Assembly (NCBI RefSeq): GCF_963506605.1
Contig: NC_083288.1
Location: forward strand, 44,516,001 to 44,580,000
Source of the DNA: Zootoca vivipara
Taxonomy: Eukaryota
DNA length: 64,000 nt
Reading direction: 5' to 3'
In this document: positions 43,511 to 56,146 of the stretch, piece after piece
How positions within the stretch are numbered: position 1 is the first letter of the stretch
Layout of the letters: every line of letters starts with the position of its first letter
Position numbers and translations under genes: made by a program
The notes under the pieces: generated by a model
What the model was told of the DNA's origin: nothing
Seen by the model: the letters and a program-made list of their open reading frames with translations, nothing else
The model's database searches: none

Positions 43511-46500
43511 CTGTAAAAAAACAAAAATAAAAATAGCCCAGATTAGAAAAACTGGAGGTGTAAAAAGGTCAAAGTCAGTAACGATTTTTTTTCTCTCTCT
43601 CTCTCTCTTTCATTTTTCTGTCCTTTTTCCCCCCTCTCACCCTCTTGTTCCAGCCACGGTTACTGCAGAACCAGGCAGGGGAGAGCTCCAGGCAGGAAAC
43701 AATCCAAGCCCTTTGAACACCATTTCTAAAAATGCCTGAGAGAGGTGAGCTCATGCGAGGCTAAAAGATTCCTCCTCTAACCCAGCTGCTGCAGGAAAAA
43801 AAAAAGTGATTTTTCCCCCCAAAATTAACATCTTTCAATCCAGCTCTGGCTTCACTGCAAGGCCAATGCTGGGCCGTAAAGCCACCGTTTTGATAAAAAA
43901 ACGGCTCATTCTAAGACATTGGGAGGGGTGTGCGTGCGGTGGGGCGGGTGGGGTTTTTTTTAAATAAAAAAACAAAACACGAAGCTGAGCTCCAGTGAAG
44001 GAAGGGTTGGGGGTTTTCGCCTTGCTGCCCTGTGAAAGGAGAAGGGACAGGGTGAGTCAGGGTACCCGATAAACCATTGCCCACATCTCCCAGTTCCCCC
44101 CTCCCCAGCGCAGTGAATGCCAGTCCCACGTGGCTACCCCAAGCTCACAGCTGATGTCAAAAGGCACCAGGAAGCTTGTGGTAGGAGGTGGAGTAAATTG
44201 AAGCTCATACACAGATACCCTGAAGCAAAGATGGAGGAGGAAGACTTCACAGAGATTCTGATGCATGCAACTGAAGGAGAAGCAACCTCATAAGCGTTAA
44301 GAGCATGAGGGCACTGCAACCTGATGCTCTATGCATCACTCGCCATAAGTGTAATGCATGCACCCACCCACTGGTTTTTAGCACCATGTTCAAAACTGGA
44401 AGCAATCCTAGTCCTGGGTACCAATTTTGATAAGCCATTAATTAAATTCTAGCCCAACTGCCTCCCCCCCCCACAGCATTTAAATGCCAGGAAAGTACCA
44501 GATAAACCACCCAGATTTACACTTTAAATAAATAATCCCCAGGTCTCTCAGAAGAGAAATTCATAGGCAGAACACTCCTTTTCTCTATTGTGCTATGCTA
44601 CCCCTGGAAGGATATAGGGTAAGTTTAGCGCAGTCAGCACAGGCAGGGAAAATAACAAAGGGCAGGTCATTTTGTAACTACTTGGCAAAAGTGATAAAGA
44701 AAACAGGTATAAGGTTGTTGATGCAAAACACATTTTGATGACAGCTTCAAGGAAACTGAAATGCTCTTTTGGACCAGATCTACTAACACTCTGGACAGGT
44801 ATGTGGTGGTGCTAGGAGGGAAGATTTCCAGCCACATTTCCTCAACGTTACTGGGGAAGATCAATGCATGGTCCCTGGCAGAAGAACCCAGACAATCAGT
44901 TCTACCTCTCCACCCTTTGTACAAGTTCTCAACAAATGGAAGGAAGCATGTTAAGAGAGAGAAGGCTAATGTATTCAGATTCTTCTACTAAGCATGACCC
45001 AGCATGTGGAAGACTTGGATTCAAACTCCTGGTCTTGTGCAAATCCTGTGGCAGCTCCTTACAGAACAGTTCAATCTTACACGAAGGGCTTCAGCTTTCA
45101 AAAAACGACACTGAAAGCTTGTAGCCTTTAAGGTACCATGAGACTCATGCCTCCCTCCCACCCCATTCCCGCTGCATGTAAACTAATACAACTAATTGAA
45201 TGGAATTTAAAGTAAATTGGCTATTAGTTCAGTGCTACAGGTGCCAATAAAGAGCAAGCTAGTGAGCACCCAGGACCTGTCCAGTCAATGAATGGGTTTT
45301 GGCACACCAGGGATAACTATTTTGCAATTTACACATCTGGACTTGTGCAAGGGCAATCACTGGTGCTACCCATACAGAAAGAATCCTGCCCTCACTATGT
45401 TCCCATTCCCCTCCTATGTGATTTACATATCTCTAGGCACCAGACGAAAACAGCCCAACAGCCCTCTTCTCTCAGACGTTTGGCTAATTATACTGCCTGA
45501 AATGGGGGGGGGGGGTGTTCTTGTTTGTTACTATGTTACACATTTCTGTATTTTTATACAGTATTGTGAACTGTCCTGTGATCTTTGGATGAAAGGTGGT
45601 ATAGAAATTTAATAAATAAGAATAAGAATACTGTAAACCATCACTGTAAACCTAACTTATGGCTAGGCATCAATGCCAGACCCTCACTCCTGATCTGTGC
45701 TGTGCTGCTTTTACTATCCATATTTTAACAGATTTATTTTTATATTGTTTTAATTCTATGTGTTTAATGACTTTTAAACTTCTGTGTTTTATCCATGTTG
45801 TTTTAATTTCTGTAAACCCCCTTGAGTCCTGGTTCTGTGAGAAAGGCAAGATAATATAGCAATCTTGCTGCAATCCTATCCACACTTACTTGGGAACAAG
45901 CCACATTAAGCTCAGTAATATGTACTTCCCAGAAAACCTACTTAAGATTGCAAAGCCTATTGATGTGCCACAAGGCACTCTGTTTTTGCAGCAACTGATT
46001 ATTTATTTAAAGAATGCATACCCTGCTTCTCACAATTGTATTCCTCAATGTGACAAACACGATCCCTCTGGAACTTTAATTTTTTTTAACAAAAAAAGTT
46101 CAGTATGTTCTCACCTCAAGCACGATTAAATCTTGCAAATTAATTGCATGCACGACAGAGTTTAATAGTGCCTTTTATGTTGTCTTTTCCCAGTGCGAAA
46201 AAGCTTTTAATCTCCAGGGCTTGCTTAGCAGGTTCTGGGAAGCTCTTGAGAGATCTCCCAGGAACTTGGGACGGCCCAGCAACAAGATCTCAAAAGAGCC
46301 TCCCGGAGCCTCATAAGCAAGGTGGAGAATTTAAAAGCTCTCTGCCTTGCTTGGTAGGCAAGCATGGTCACATGAGGGCAGTCTGAAGGAGGTGGTTCAG
46401 ATATGTAGTTTTCTTATACGCACCATCCCCAGATCGCAGCCCCCATGCAATATGCTACCATACTGTAGTTAAGCAACAGTCTGTATGACTTCTAATTTTT

Positions 46501-47057
46501 GCAGTGTCTTGCAGGCACAAAGGCTACAGAGGACCAGGAGACCTGAGCGTGTATTAACAGCTTTACTCCAGTTGTCACTAGAGAGCCTCCAAGCTCAATT
46601 CAATATGCTGATGCTAACCTGTAAAGCTCTGAATATTTGTGGCCCGCTTCTCTAAAGGACCACTCTTAGCTCTTATGATCCTCAGCATTTCTAAAAAAAC
46701 AACAAAGGCCCTTCTTGCATGCCCACAAGGGGAACACAGAAAACCACCTTTAACAATATCAGATTGCATGCCCATCTTGCTCAGCATTGCCCATTCTGAC
46801 TGGCAGCACCTCTTCCTAGGTTACAGGAACCAGACTTCATGACACCAGAGACTAAGCCTGGGACCTTACTGCCCTTCCCCTAAGCTATTAGGCTGGTGGG
46901 CTCATGTGTGGTGGTACCATGGCTCTGAAACTCCCTCCCTGCAGAGCTAACAAAGCCTTCAAGCGTCCCTGAAAAAACTTGATTTGTTGCAACCTGCTAC
47001 ACTTTTCCCGGTTGTTTATGTCACTCATTCCTGAGACTTGTTGGTTCGTCAGAATAC

Positions 47058-47058
<1 letters not shown>

Positions 47059-47113
<55 letters not shown>
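47059..47113. repeat. (TTA)n microsatellite
   Basis: Direct reading. Confidence 0.95.
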
Positions 47114-47116
<3 letters not shown>

Positions 47117-47189
47117 ACCCAAATGCATTTCAATTGGATCTCCTCCAATTGTGCACTGCCTTGTGAGGGTTAAGAGGCAGAATATATAC

Positions 47190-48140
47190 CGTATATGGCG
47201 CACCCCCGCAACTCTTCTGCCTTGTTTATTCATGAAGCAGGCCCACTGAGCTCAGAAAAGCGTGGCTAGGAGCGCAGCCTACATTAGACCACTAATCCGG
47301 ATTAGGCCAGGAGAGGAGGCGTGCGGGCGCCATGCCTTCTGCACGGGAAAGGGACACGCGGGCAGAAATGTCACTTCCTGACCCCAGCCAATAGCCTCAC
47401 GTGGGTCTTTGTCCCGCCGCCACCTAACTCTTTCAAGAGAGAGGGGAGGGGGGGAAATGAGGATTATTTCCTCCTCCTCCCCCGCCCAAGTACAATGGTC
47501 TCTTCCAGAGGCAACACATATGAATTAGCTCGGGGTGTACCATTAGGACTAAGGGGGGGAGGGGGAGAATCTCTCGGATCTTCCCATTTCCTTGCGAAGG
47601 CCAGGAAGGGAGATACCAAAGTGGCGGGGGAAGAAAACAAGAGAGAAAGGGCGGTACCATTATGACCCCCCCCCGCGGCCGAAGCGCGAAAAAGGAAAGA
47701 AACGTCACCGCTCCTTCCTTGGCCACCTGAGGCGTTAATATCCAGGCAACGAACTCACCAGGAGGCCCCAGCTCCGGAACGGCGTCGTTTTTCTTATCTA
47801 TAAGGCTTTTTATTTCCCTCCTTCTTCTTTCACATATACCTTCGCCTCATCCACGCTCCGGACTCTTCACAAAATGGCGCCCCCGCCGCCCTCTGCCTCT
47901 GCGCCGCGCAGCCCGGACGTAGCGCGGCGCGGCCCCTTTTCATGCTACGCCGCCTGTCATTGGAAGGGGGTTTTATATATGGACGTCCTTCATTGGCTAG
48001 TATTCACTCTCAATCAAATGGGGGACCAATAAGCGCCCGCTGAGGTTGTGAAGGTGAGGACGAAGCAATAAGAGGGAGAGGGAGAGATTTGCGACGTGAA
48101 AGGCGGGACTCGAGACGCGATAGGCCAGCAGGGGTGTCGC
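47190..48140 (-). promoter_or_regulatory. HNRNPC CpG-island promoter
   Basis: Dense CpG, GC boxes, CCAAT boxes (47960-48030), TATAAAA on minus at ~47971-47977. Confidence 0.8.
47759..47880 (-). other. HNRNPC: HNRNPC non-coding exon 1 (alternative donors at 47840 and 47759)
   Basis: Minus GCGCCATTTTGTGAAGAG (YY1-type start) ...GAAG|GTATAT and ...CCTG|GTGAGT; inside CpG island. Confidence 0.75.
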
Positions 48141-48204
48141 TCTGTTCGCTTTGTGATTTGACAACTGGACTGTCAGTCCAACCTTCCCTCGCAGTGATTT
48201 CTGC

Positions 48205-48310
48205 CAAAACAAAATAAAAAAAATCCTTCCAGCAGCACCTTAAAGACCAACTAAGTTTTTATTTTGGTATGAGCTTTCGTGTGCATGCACACTTCTTCAG
48301 ATACACCTGA
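48205..48310 (-). mobile_element. Penelope-like terminal fragment with intact hammerhead motif (48266-48306)
   Basis: Minus GTAT-CTGAAGA-A-GTGTGCATGCACAC-GAAA-GCTC-ATAC; 8-bp TSD ATTTCTGC. Confidence 0.8.
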
Positions 48311-49230
48311 ATTTCTGCTGTTCATTTATTCCCCCACCCATTTATTCCCCAACTTCCTTTTCTGAATAGTGTCCATCCCTGCCACTCATCTCTTCTTGGC
48401 TTGTGATAGGTCAAGGTCTTACAGGCAGGGACTAAAAGGGTGTTTCAATAAATAAATTAGGTAGCTTCACGTACATCCGGCTCCCTTGGGCAAGTAAGAC
48501 TCTATTTCCTACGGGAGAATGACGTAATTGAAGCCTCGCGTAGTCATTGGACAGCGCGCAACCATAACACAATTGGGCGCCGTTAAAAAAGGAGGCGTAA
48601 CTTCGGCTTTGCTCGACCAATAAGTGCTTGTCTTGTGCCTATACTCAAATTTTGATTGGTATGTTTGAAAAGTATCCCGCCCCATAAACCTGCTCCTTTA
48701 TTTTACCATAGATACCTCCTAGTACAGCCTCATTTTAATTGTCCACCTTCTCCCACATTCTATCTTGAGATTGCAGCTGCCTGTACATCATACATTTAAA
48801 GGAAATGACTTTGTCCCAAGAATCCTGGGAACTGTAGTTAGCCCTTCACAGAGGAGAGGAACTATAATTCCCGCATTTTTTTACAAACTTTTTTTGGGGA
48901 GGGAGAAGCATATATGTTAAATGTACAGTACTGTATGTACACAGCCTAAAAGCAGCTAAGTTTTTGCCTCCCCCTTTATGCTTTGTTTACCATTCTAGCC
49001 CTATAAAGAATTCTGGAGAACTTAGTTTGGTTCCTGTAAGTTATTACCCTATGGCGGATTTTAAAATCTTAAATTCTATTTGATTTTCTTGCAGGCAAAA
49101 GCACATAGGTCTGCAACTGTTCAGGGCTGTGCTATGCTATACATTTTACTGGGAAATACGTTCCACTGAAATCATCAAGAGCAGGTTCTTTTCATGTACA
49201 GTACTCTTGAAACTAACTTTAAGAAACTGA

Positions 49231-49374
49231 AGAATCTGAAGAAGTGTATCTGAAGAAGTGTGCATGCACACAAAAGCTTTTACCCAGAACAAACTTAGTT
49301 GGTCTTTAATTTGCTACTGGACAATTTTTTAGTTTATTTCGACTGCATCAGACCAACACGGCTACCTACCTGAA
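49231..49374 (+). mobile_element. Penelope-like terminal fragment with mutated hammerhead
   Basis: Exact 13-bp TSD TTTAAGAAACTGA; core GAAA changed to AAAA. Confidence 0.8.
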
Positions 49375-50580
49375 TTTAAGAAACTGAGTTTTCTTTTTTA
49401 AATTTCTCCTCCCTCCTGATCCCTTTTTATTTTGCATTGTGCATTTTAGGTTGCAAGCCTGAGGGTAGGGACTGCCTTATCGCTGACCTTTATAAACCAC
49501 TCTGGAAGTTTTTAAAAAGTTTTAAATAAATGAGTAGAATGTTTGGCATCACAGCTCACTTACAGTACTTAGAATTAAGTCCACTTTACTAAACCGGATT
49601 TGCTTCTGATTCAGCACAGATAGTTAGGAAACATAGTCTTACAAGTGCAAGAATTTAGTTAAGCTTTGGGATGTCAAAAGCTATAACTAGGCCCATGTGT
49701 GTATTTGACCTGTGTTTCTAAACACTCTGAAATTAGCATGCATTAAGGGCTATTTAAGGCAAGCAGGTACTTCCTGTGATATGTTGAAAGCAAATTCAAT
49801 CAGACTAATCCCCTCTGAGGTGGCAGCCTGAGGGTAATGGGTCACCAACACGGCACAGGTTTAGAAAAAGGGCAAAGTTTAGGTTAGTAAGGTTAGAGGA
49901 AGCTGGGATGTGACTTGAGAGAGCAAGGCAAGGTACAGTACAAGAAAGAAGCTAGACTTTCTTGGAATACTGATGCTCTGAACCCTAGCAGGCTCAGGTT
50001 GCATACATGTGTAAATAAACCATATAGTATAAAGACACTGCAGTTTCCTCTGTGTCTTGTTGTTCAAGAAGAAACACAGACCCCGTAAGCATGCTTGGAA
50101 CTCCCTGGAATCTCAAACTGCTGGCAGATTGCAGGTGGTGTGTAACAATTGCCAATGCCCAGTGGGTCACATGAGTAACTTTTCACCCACTAAACAGCTA
50201 CTCACACCTCAACTTGATGAACATCAGTGTGGCGGAAGCTTTGGAATATGGTTCACTTCCAAAAGTTCTCCATCCTCCTTTTTTGCCAATCCAATACAAA
50301 TAATGTTCTCGTCCTGCCAGCATGCTTCACTGCATTTCCCCCCTAGACTTGGATGGCTTATAAGGTCCCTGCTCTCCCACATCAAATCCTTACAAGTACA
50401 TTGGGCTCTGAAATTGCGGCTGGCCCAAAGTCACCCAGAGAGCTTCATAGCCAAGTGAAGATTTGAACCTGGGACTCCTTGTTCTTCGAATGTGCGCACA
50501 TTGTGTAAAAAGTGTTAGGGGAACAATGCATCAAAAAGCAGTGTTTCATAAGGAACGAAATGATAAGATACATGATCCAA

Positions 50581-50725
50581 GGGATAGCTCAGTTGGCAGA
50601 GCACGAGACTCTTAAACTCGGGGTCATGGGTTTGAGCCCCATGTTGGGCAAAAGATTACTGCACTGCAGGGGCTTAGACTAAATGACCCTTGTGGCCCCT
50701 TCCAACTCTACAGTTCTAAGATTCT
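50581..50725 (+). mobile_element. CR1-tailed SINE with tRNA-Lys(CTT)-like head
   Basis: GATAGCTCAGTTGGCAGAGCACGAGACTCTTAAACTCGGGGTCATGGGTTTGAGCCCCATGTTGGGC aligns to the tRNA-Lys at 22280; CR1-like tail follows. Confidence 0.85.
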
Positions 50726-51953
50726 CAGGATATGGGTAGATTGTTGCTAATGTCTGCACACTGCTTTGCAAACAAGTGGTGGGATGTACAAGCCACCACT
50801 TGTACACAGCAATAGTCTTGGCACTCTTAACTACTTTGATGCCACAATAGCTCCCAGGCTACCATAGTGAATCTACTTTTAAGTTGAGCCCACACCAACA
50901 AACTGCAAAGCAGTAGCAGGTATGCCATAATGAGCATCTTACACCATATGCTCATTTAATAAACTGGGCAATTTCTCTTGCATAGTGCTTTCTTCCTCCT
51001 ATATACATTCTGGTGGGACCGACTACTTTGCCCATCAACATTCTCCTTTTGGCAAGCTCCACACCATGTAATATCTCCTCTACCCCACCCACCCAGTATG
51101 TATAATCCCAAACTTCCCAATGACCTTGGGAGTGAAGTCACAATGCAACTTTTGTATATTTTTATTTTTTTCATTTGGGGAGGCTGGGGAGCTTTTGGTA
51201 TACAAACCCTAAAACACCATCATATTCAATCACAAATCCCACTGACACCATAAAACCGTCAGTGAAACGACAAATCACATTGCCACAGAATGATAGCTAT
51301 GTTATTTAGCTATCCCACAGTGGAGTCAGGATCTACATTTCTCCAGCAAAGGTCAAAGCTTTGATCATACCAAGTTACCAGAAATCAATCAAAGTGTTTA
51401 GAAAATCTGGGAACAAGAGTGCTTTCAACCACAGGTGGCAAATTTGGCTACAGCCCTCCAATAGGGCTGGGAGATATATCAATATATCATCATCCGAAAC
51501 CATTTTGAAGTCCATAATTGTGATATCAGTTTCATAATTTTTGACCTGGCAAATATATAAAATCGCAATGTGGGAAAAACCATGAAGCCAGCCAATGCTT
51601 CTCTTAATTCCTGCAGCCCCTGTTAACTCTGCTGGCTCAGTTCTCCCTCATGCAAGGGGGCAGCAAATCACAAGAGGGGGGGGGGAATCACAATGCAGGA
51701 AAAACTATGATGCCTCTACATAGCTCCATCCTTATTTCAGGCTGTGATATATAGGTATATCGCAATGTTTAAGTGGTGATATATCAAAATGTTGAAAACC
51801 AGATATCCACATATTGTTGGACTCCAACTCCCCTCGTTCCTGAGTGTCGGCCCATGTGGCTGCAGCTGATGGGAGTTGCGGTTCAGCAGCTTTTGGAGAG
51901 TGACACAAGTTCCTCGCTCCTGCTTTCAACCATCATACTTTGCATGTGGAGCG

Positions 51954-52985
51954 TTAGTCGGGTACGTCCTGTGCCCCAAGCTGCTCTTGCATCTGTCTAC
52001 CGGTGGTAAAGCACGGAGGAAAACCTTGCTGTTCTGACTTGTTTGAGACTCCTGCCCTGCGAGCCTTGAAAGTGAAGGTGTATTTGAACTCTGCCCGAAT
52101 ATCCTTGAGGAGCAGGATGTACAGAAGAGGATCAAAGATGTTGCCCAAGGTGGTAAAGAACAAAGTTGTACGTTGGTAGATGAAGATCTTCCTCACCAAG
52201 TCACAGCTTTCAACTGCCTTCCCGTGCAGCATCACTTCCCAAAAATACCTGTAATACGAAGTCACCTGGTGAGGAGTGAAGAGGACGAAAAAGGTGACGA
52301 CCGTGAGAGAGATGAAGCCGTAGATCTGCCTTTTTGTTTTCTGCTCCAGAGAGGCCACTTTCCTGAGTTCGTACAGGACCCTGAAGTAGAAGAACCCCAT
52401 GAGCAGGAACGGTATAAAGAAAGAGAAGACCGTGATGCTCACCCTAAACTGGGCGTATGGATAGTTCAGCCTGGAGCCATCCAGGCAGCGTTCCTGTGGG
52501 TGCTCCTCTGGCCACTGACCTTCGATCTGTATCCCGATGCCGACGGCACAGAAAACTGCCACCAGGAGCCAACAAACGGCACTCACTTTGGCAGCACCTC
52601 GCATGGTCTGCAGCCTGTGGAATCTGAACGGGTGGACCAGGCCGAAATAGCGCTCCATGGCGATAAGACACAAGAAGTTGTTTTTGGCGTAGAAGTTGGT
52701 TCGGAACGCCAGACCTGCCACTGCACACACCTCCTTCCCAAGGCTGGTTTTGTGATCGTGGTAACTGTAATAGATCCATAAAGGGAGCGTCAGGGTCTGC
52801 AAGATGTTGGCCAGCACCAGGTTTGCGATGTAAACGGAGAGGGTGACGGACCTCTTCATCTGGTGGCTCAGGGCCCAAAGCGCCAAGCTGTTCAGAGGCA
52901 GCCCAACCACCAACACCACAGAATAGATGGGGATTTGAAAGTACTTGGTGATGTTGACAGGCAAAGGGTGGCATGAGGTGTTCAT
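51954..52985 (-). CDS. Intronless class A GPCR, GPR4/GPR65/GPR68/GPR132-like orphan (343 aa)
   Basis: Seven hydrophobic segments; GLPLN (TM1), LPLWIYY (TM2), ERY, FFIP (TM5), FTPH (TM6), DPLLY (TM7); N-glycan sites NTS/NIT; GCCATG Kozak. Confidence 0.9.
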   Translation of the reverse strand: MNTSCHPLPVNITKYFQIPIYSVVLVVGLPLNSLALWALSHQMKRSVTLSVYIANLVLANILQTLTLPLWIYYSYHDHKTSLGKEVCAVAGLAFRTNFYAKNNFLCLIAMERYFGLVHPFRFHRLQTMRGAAKVSAVCWLLVAVFCAVGIGIQIEGQWPEEHPQERCLDGSRLNYPYAQFRVSITVFSFFIPFLLMGFFYFRVLYELRKVASLEQKTKRQIYGFISLTVVTFFVLFTPHQVTSYYRYFWEVMLHGKAVESCDLVRKIFIYQRTTLFFTTLGNIFDPLLYILLLKDIRAEFKYTFTFKARRAGVSNKSEQQGFPPCFTTGRQMQEQLGAQDVPD

Positions 52986-53635
52986 GGCGCCTATTGAAAA
53001 TTATTGTGCGTTTTCTCCCCTCTCTTCCCATGGAGCCCCATTGCTCCGGACTGTCTTCTCACAGCCGTTGCAGATTGCGCATATCTTGCTTGAACTTGCC
53101 GGCCGCTGGACTCATCCACAGGATGTGGAGGTGGAAACGAGGGACACTGCAGACAAGGGGCCAAATGCCCCTGCTGCCACTTCTCTTGTTTGTTGGCCTG
53201 CCCTTCTTTCTAATCCAGATCAGTTTTTAATTAAGAAAAAGAAAATAGAGAGGGCTTCTCAAGACCTGGAATGGGAGAGATTGCAGGAAAAATGGATCTG
53301 GTAATTCTCAGACTTGGAAATAAGTGATAGACCATGCTGTGTGTAACCGCCTCCCCACCCCCCACCCCCAAAAAAGGTCTGCAGTCCTAATGTACCTTTT
53401 GCACATGGTTATGTAATCCTCTTACCTGGGAATACAACCCTCCTGAATAGATAGGTGCCTAGGATTGCTGACCAGTTAGGCATCACCCCAAAAGGCATGA
53501 GTCACCCCTCCACAGTACACAACTTTGCATTTTTTAAAAAGGAGCATCTGATTATCTATCATTTACCATCCATTTATATGCAAATTTAAAAAGATTCACT
53601 ATAAGAAGAGTGGGAGAATGGGTGTAGATAATGGG

Positions 53636-54020
53636 AAAGGGAAAGGGTAAAGGACCCCTGGATGGTTAAATGCAATCAAAGGCGACTATGGGGTTGTGGC
53701 GCTCACCTCACTTTCACGCAGAGGGAGCTGGCATTTGTCCACAGACAGCTTTCCGGGTCATGTGGCCAGCAGGACTAAACTGCTTCTGGCGCAACAGAAC
53801 ACCGTGATGGAAGCCAGGGTGCATGGAAACACTGTTTACCTTCCCACTGCACTAGTACCTATTTATCTACTTGCGCTGGCGTGCCTTCAAACTGCTAGGT
53901 TGGCAGGAGCTGGGACAGAGCAACGGGAGCTCACCGTGTCGTGGGGATTTGAACTGCAAACCTTTTGATCAGCAAGCCCAAGAGGCTAGGTGGTTTAGAT
54001 CACAGCACCACCCGCGTCCC
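53636..54020 (-). mobile_element. Sauria SINE
   Basis: Same family as 39439-39803. Confidence 0.85.
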
Positions 54021-54759
54021 ATGAGTGTAGATACTACTGAGCTAGATAGACCAAGGGCCTGATTCGGTATGCTGTAAAGGCAGTTTCTGATATTCCTCAA
54101 ATTTAGGTGGATATCACCACCTTAATTGCCAAACAAAGGCTTTGCCCATTAGGCAACTGGAAGGCTAGCAGAACCCAGCGGACTTGGCTTCCCTCACATA
54201 TCCTGGCAATGTCCTGTTTCTGTTCTCAGGCCCTGTTTCCATCATCTGAACATCGAAGGAGCCACAGCAGGTGTCCCTATCTTATAAACTTGTACTGCCA
54301 AAGAGCTCCGTTTCACTGTCGCAGAACATGCTGCTGAGCATTGATGAATGAAAAGCCAAGCCTGCGCACAGGGAATTTCCATGACATTTGACTGCGGTGA
54401 GAACCTTCCTGTGGTTGTGTCCCTTCATAACCCACAGTCTGTCAGACTCTGACCTCATCTGTGCCAGCGATTGAATGGAAGTCTGCCCACATGCTCAGGG
54501 GCAACTTCCTCAATGTACAGAAGAAACCGCTTGGAGACAGGAATAAACAAGGAAGGGAGATGGTATTTACTGGTAGTTTTTTGGGTGATTTGCAATACGT
54601 TGGGCAAGGGTGTCTCATTACCAGCTTTTGGAAGCCACAGGAGGGGAGGGGGCTCTTGAGGCCAGATTCTGCTTGCTGGCTTCCCACAGGTGCCCGCTGT
54701 GGGGGACAGGATGCTGGACTAAGTGGGACATTTTCCTGATCCAGCAGGCTCTTATGCTA

Positions 54760-54895
54760 ACAATAATAATAATAATTTTATTATTTATACACCGCCCATC
54801 TGTCTGACTTTCCCCAGCCACTCTGGGTGTCTTACAGCACATAAAAAATTGTAAAAGATTAGACATTTAAAAATCTCCTGATACAGGGTTGCCTC
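54760..54895 (-). mobile_element. L2 3' end fragment
   Basis: Reverse complement of the L2 terminus at 9.4 and 63.4 kb. Confidence 0.65.
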
Positions 54896-55060
54896 ACAGA
54901 GCTACAAATCCCAGCACCCTTAAACTACAGTTCCAACGAGTCCTTTCTGAGGGGAGGAGGGGGATTGCTTTAACTGTGCTTCAAAAGAATGGGCTGAGTG
55001 AACAGCCGGGGCTGCATCCGGAATGAGCAGATTCCATTTTACACTTCCTTAGGTTGTATT

Positions 55061-55424
55061 AGGACGCGGGTGGTGCTGTGGTCTAAACCACAGAGCCTAG
55101 GGCTTGCTGATCAGAAGGTCGGTGGTTCGAATCCCCGCAACAGGGTGAGGTCCCGTTGCTTAGTCCCAGCTCCTGCCAACCTAGCAGTTCGAAAGCACGT
55201 GAAAGTGCAAGTAGATAAATAGGTACCACTCCAGCGGGAAGGTAAACGGCGTTTCCGTGCGCTGCTCTGGTTCGCCAGAAGCGGCTTAGGCATGCTGGCC
55301 ACATGACACGGAAGCTGTCTGTGGACAAACACCGGTTCCCTTGGCCAGTAAAGCGAGATGAGCGCCGCAACCCCAGAGTCGTTCACGGCTGGACCTAATG
55401 GTCAGGGGTCTCTTTACCTTTACC
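55061..55424 (+). mobile_element. Sauria SINE, full length
   Basis: GGACGCGGGTGGTGCTGTGGTCTAAACCAC...TTTACCTTTACC; TSD TAGGTTGTATT/TAGGTTGCATT. Confidence 0.9.
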
Positions 55425-55700
55425 TAGGTTGCATTTAAGCACACCCTGCTCAGAGCAGACCCATTCAAATCAATGAACCTAAGTTAGGCGTGCCTGTTAA
55501 ATTCAACGGGTCTGCTCTGAGAAGGGTTGAATACCATGGATTGTTACTGCTGTAAAAACAAGATTGCTGTTATCCGATAAAGAAGTAGAAGTGAATTATT
55601 ATTGTTAGAGCTTTCCTGAGCCATACCCCTGTAGTGTGTTCCCATGCTCTTAGTCTCCAAGAGGAAATTTTATTTTGCAATTGGTAGCCAAACACCGTAA

Positions 55701-55701
<1 letters not shown>

Positions 55702-55731
<30 letters not shown>
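55702..55731. repeat. (AC)n microsatellite
   Basis: Direct reading. Confidence 0.95.
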
Positions 55732-55735
<4 letters not shown>

Positions 55736-55773
55736 AGTAAGGATGCATTCTCCGACTCATACGTAGATTCAAA

Positions 55774-56146
55774 GAATCATAGATTCATAGAATTGCAAAG
55801 CTGGAAGGGACCCCAAGGGCCATCCAGTCCAACCCCCTGCAATGAAGGAATCACAAGCTAAAGCATCCATGACAGATGGCCATCCAACCTCTGCTTAAAA
55901 ACCACCAAGGAAGGGGAGTCCACCCCCACCCCCCGCCGAGGGAGTCCTTTTCCACTGTAGAGCAGCTCTCGCCATCAGAAAGTTCTTCCTAAAGAATCCC
56001 CTTGTAACTTGAAGCCACTTGTTTGGGTCCTACCCTCTGGAGCGGCAGAAAACAAGCTTGCTCCGTCTTCCATGTGACAGCCCTTGAGATATCTGAAGGC
56101 GGCTAGCATACGTCCTCTCAGTCGCCTCTTCTGCAACCCAACTCTC
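55774..56146 (-). mobile_element. CR1 LINE 3' fragment
   Basis: LQKRRLRGRMLAAFRYLKGCHMEDGASLFSAAPEGRT (CR1 ORF2 C-terminus) and ATTCTATG-repeat end. Confidence 0.85.

Noticed and set aside
46979-47173. Poly-Tyr ORF
   Set aside because: Translation of a (TTA)n microsatellite.
50581-50650. Additional functional tRNA-Lys gene (likewise Ile/Asn-like and Ala-like heads at 28480, 18075, 58870)
   Set aside because: Multiple stem mismatches and/or continuation into SINE tails.
52173-53031. Overlapping 202-aa and 195-aa ORFs at the GPCR
   Set aside because: Shadow frames without recognisable features.
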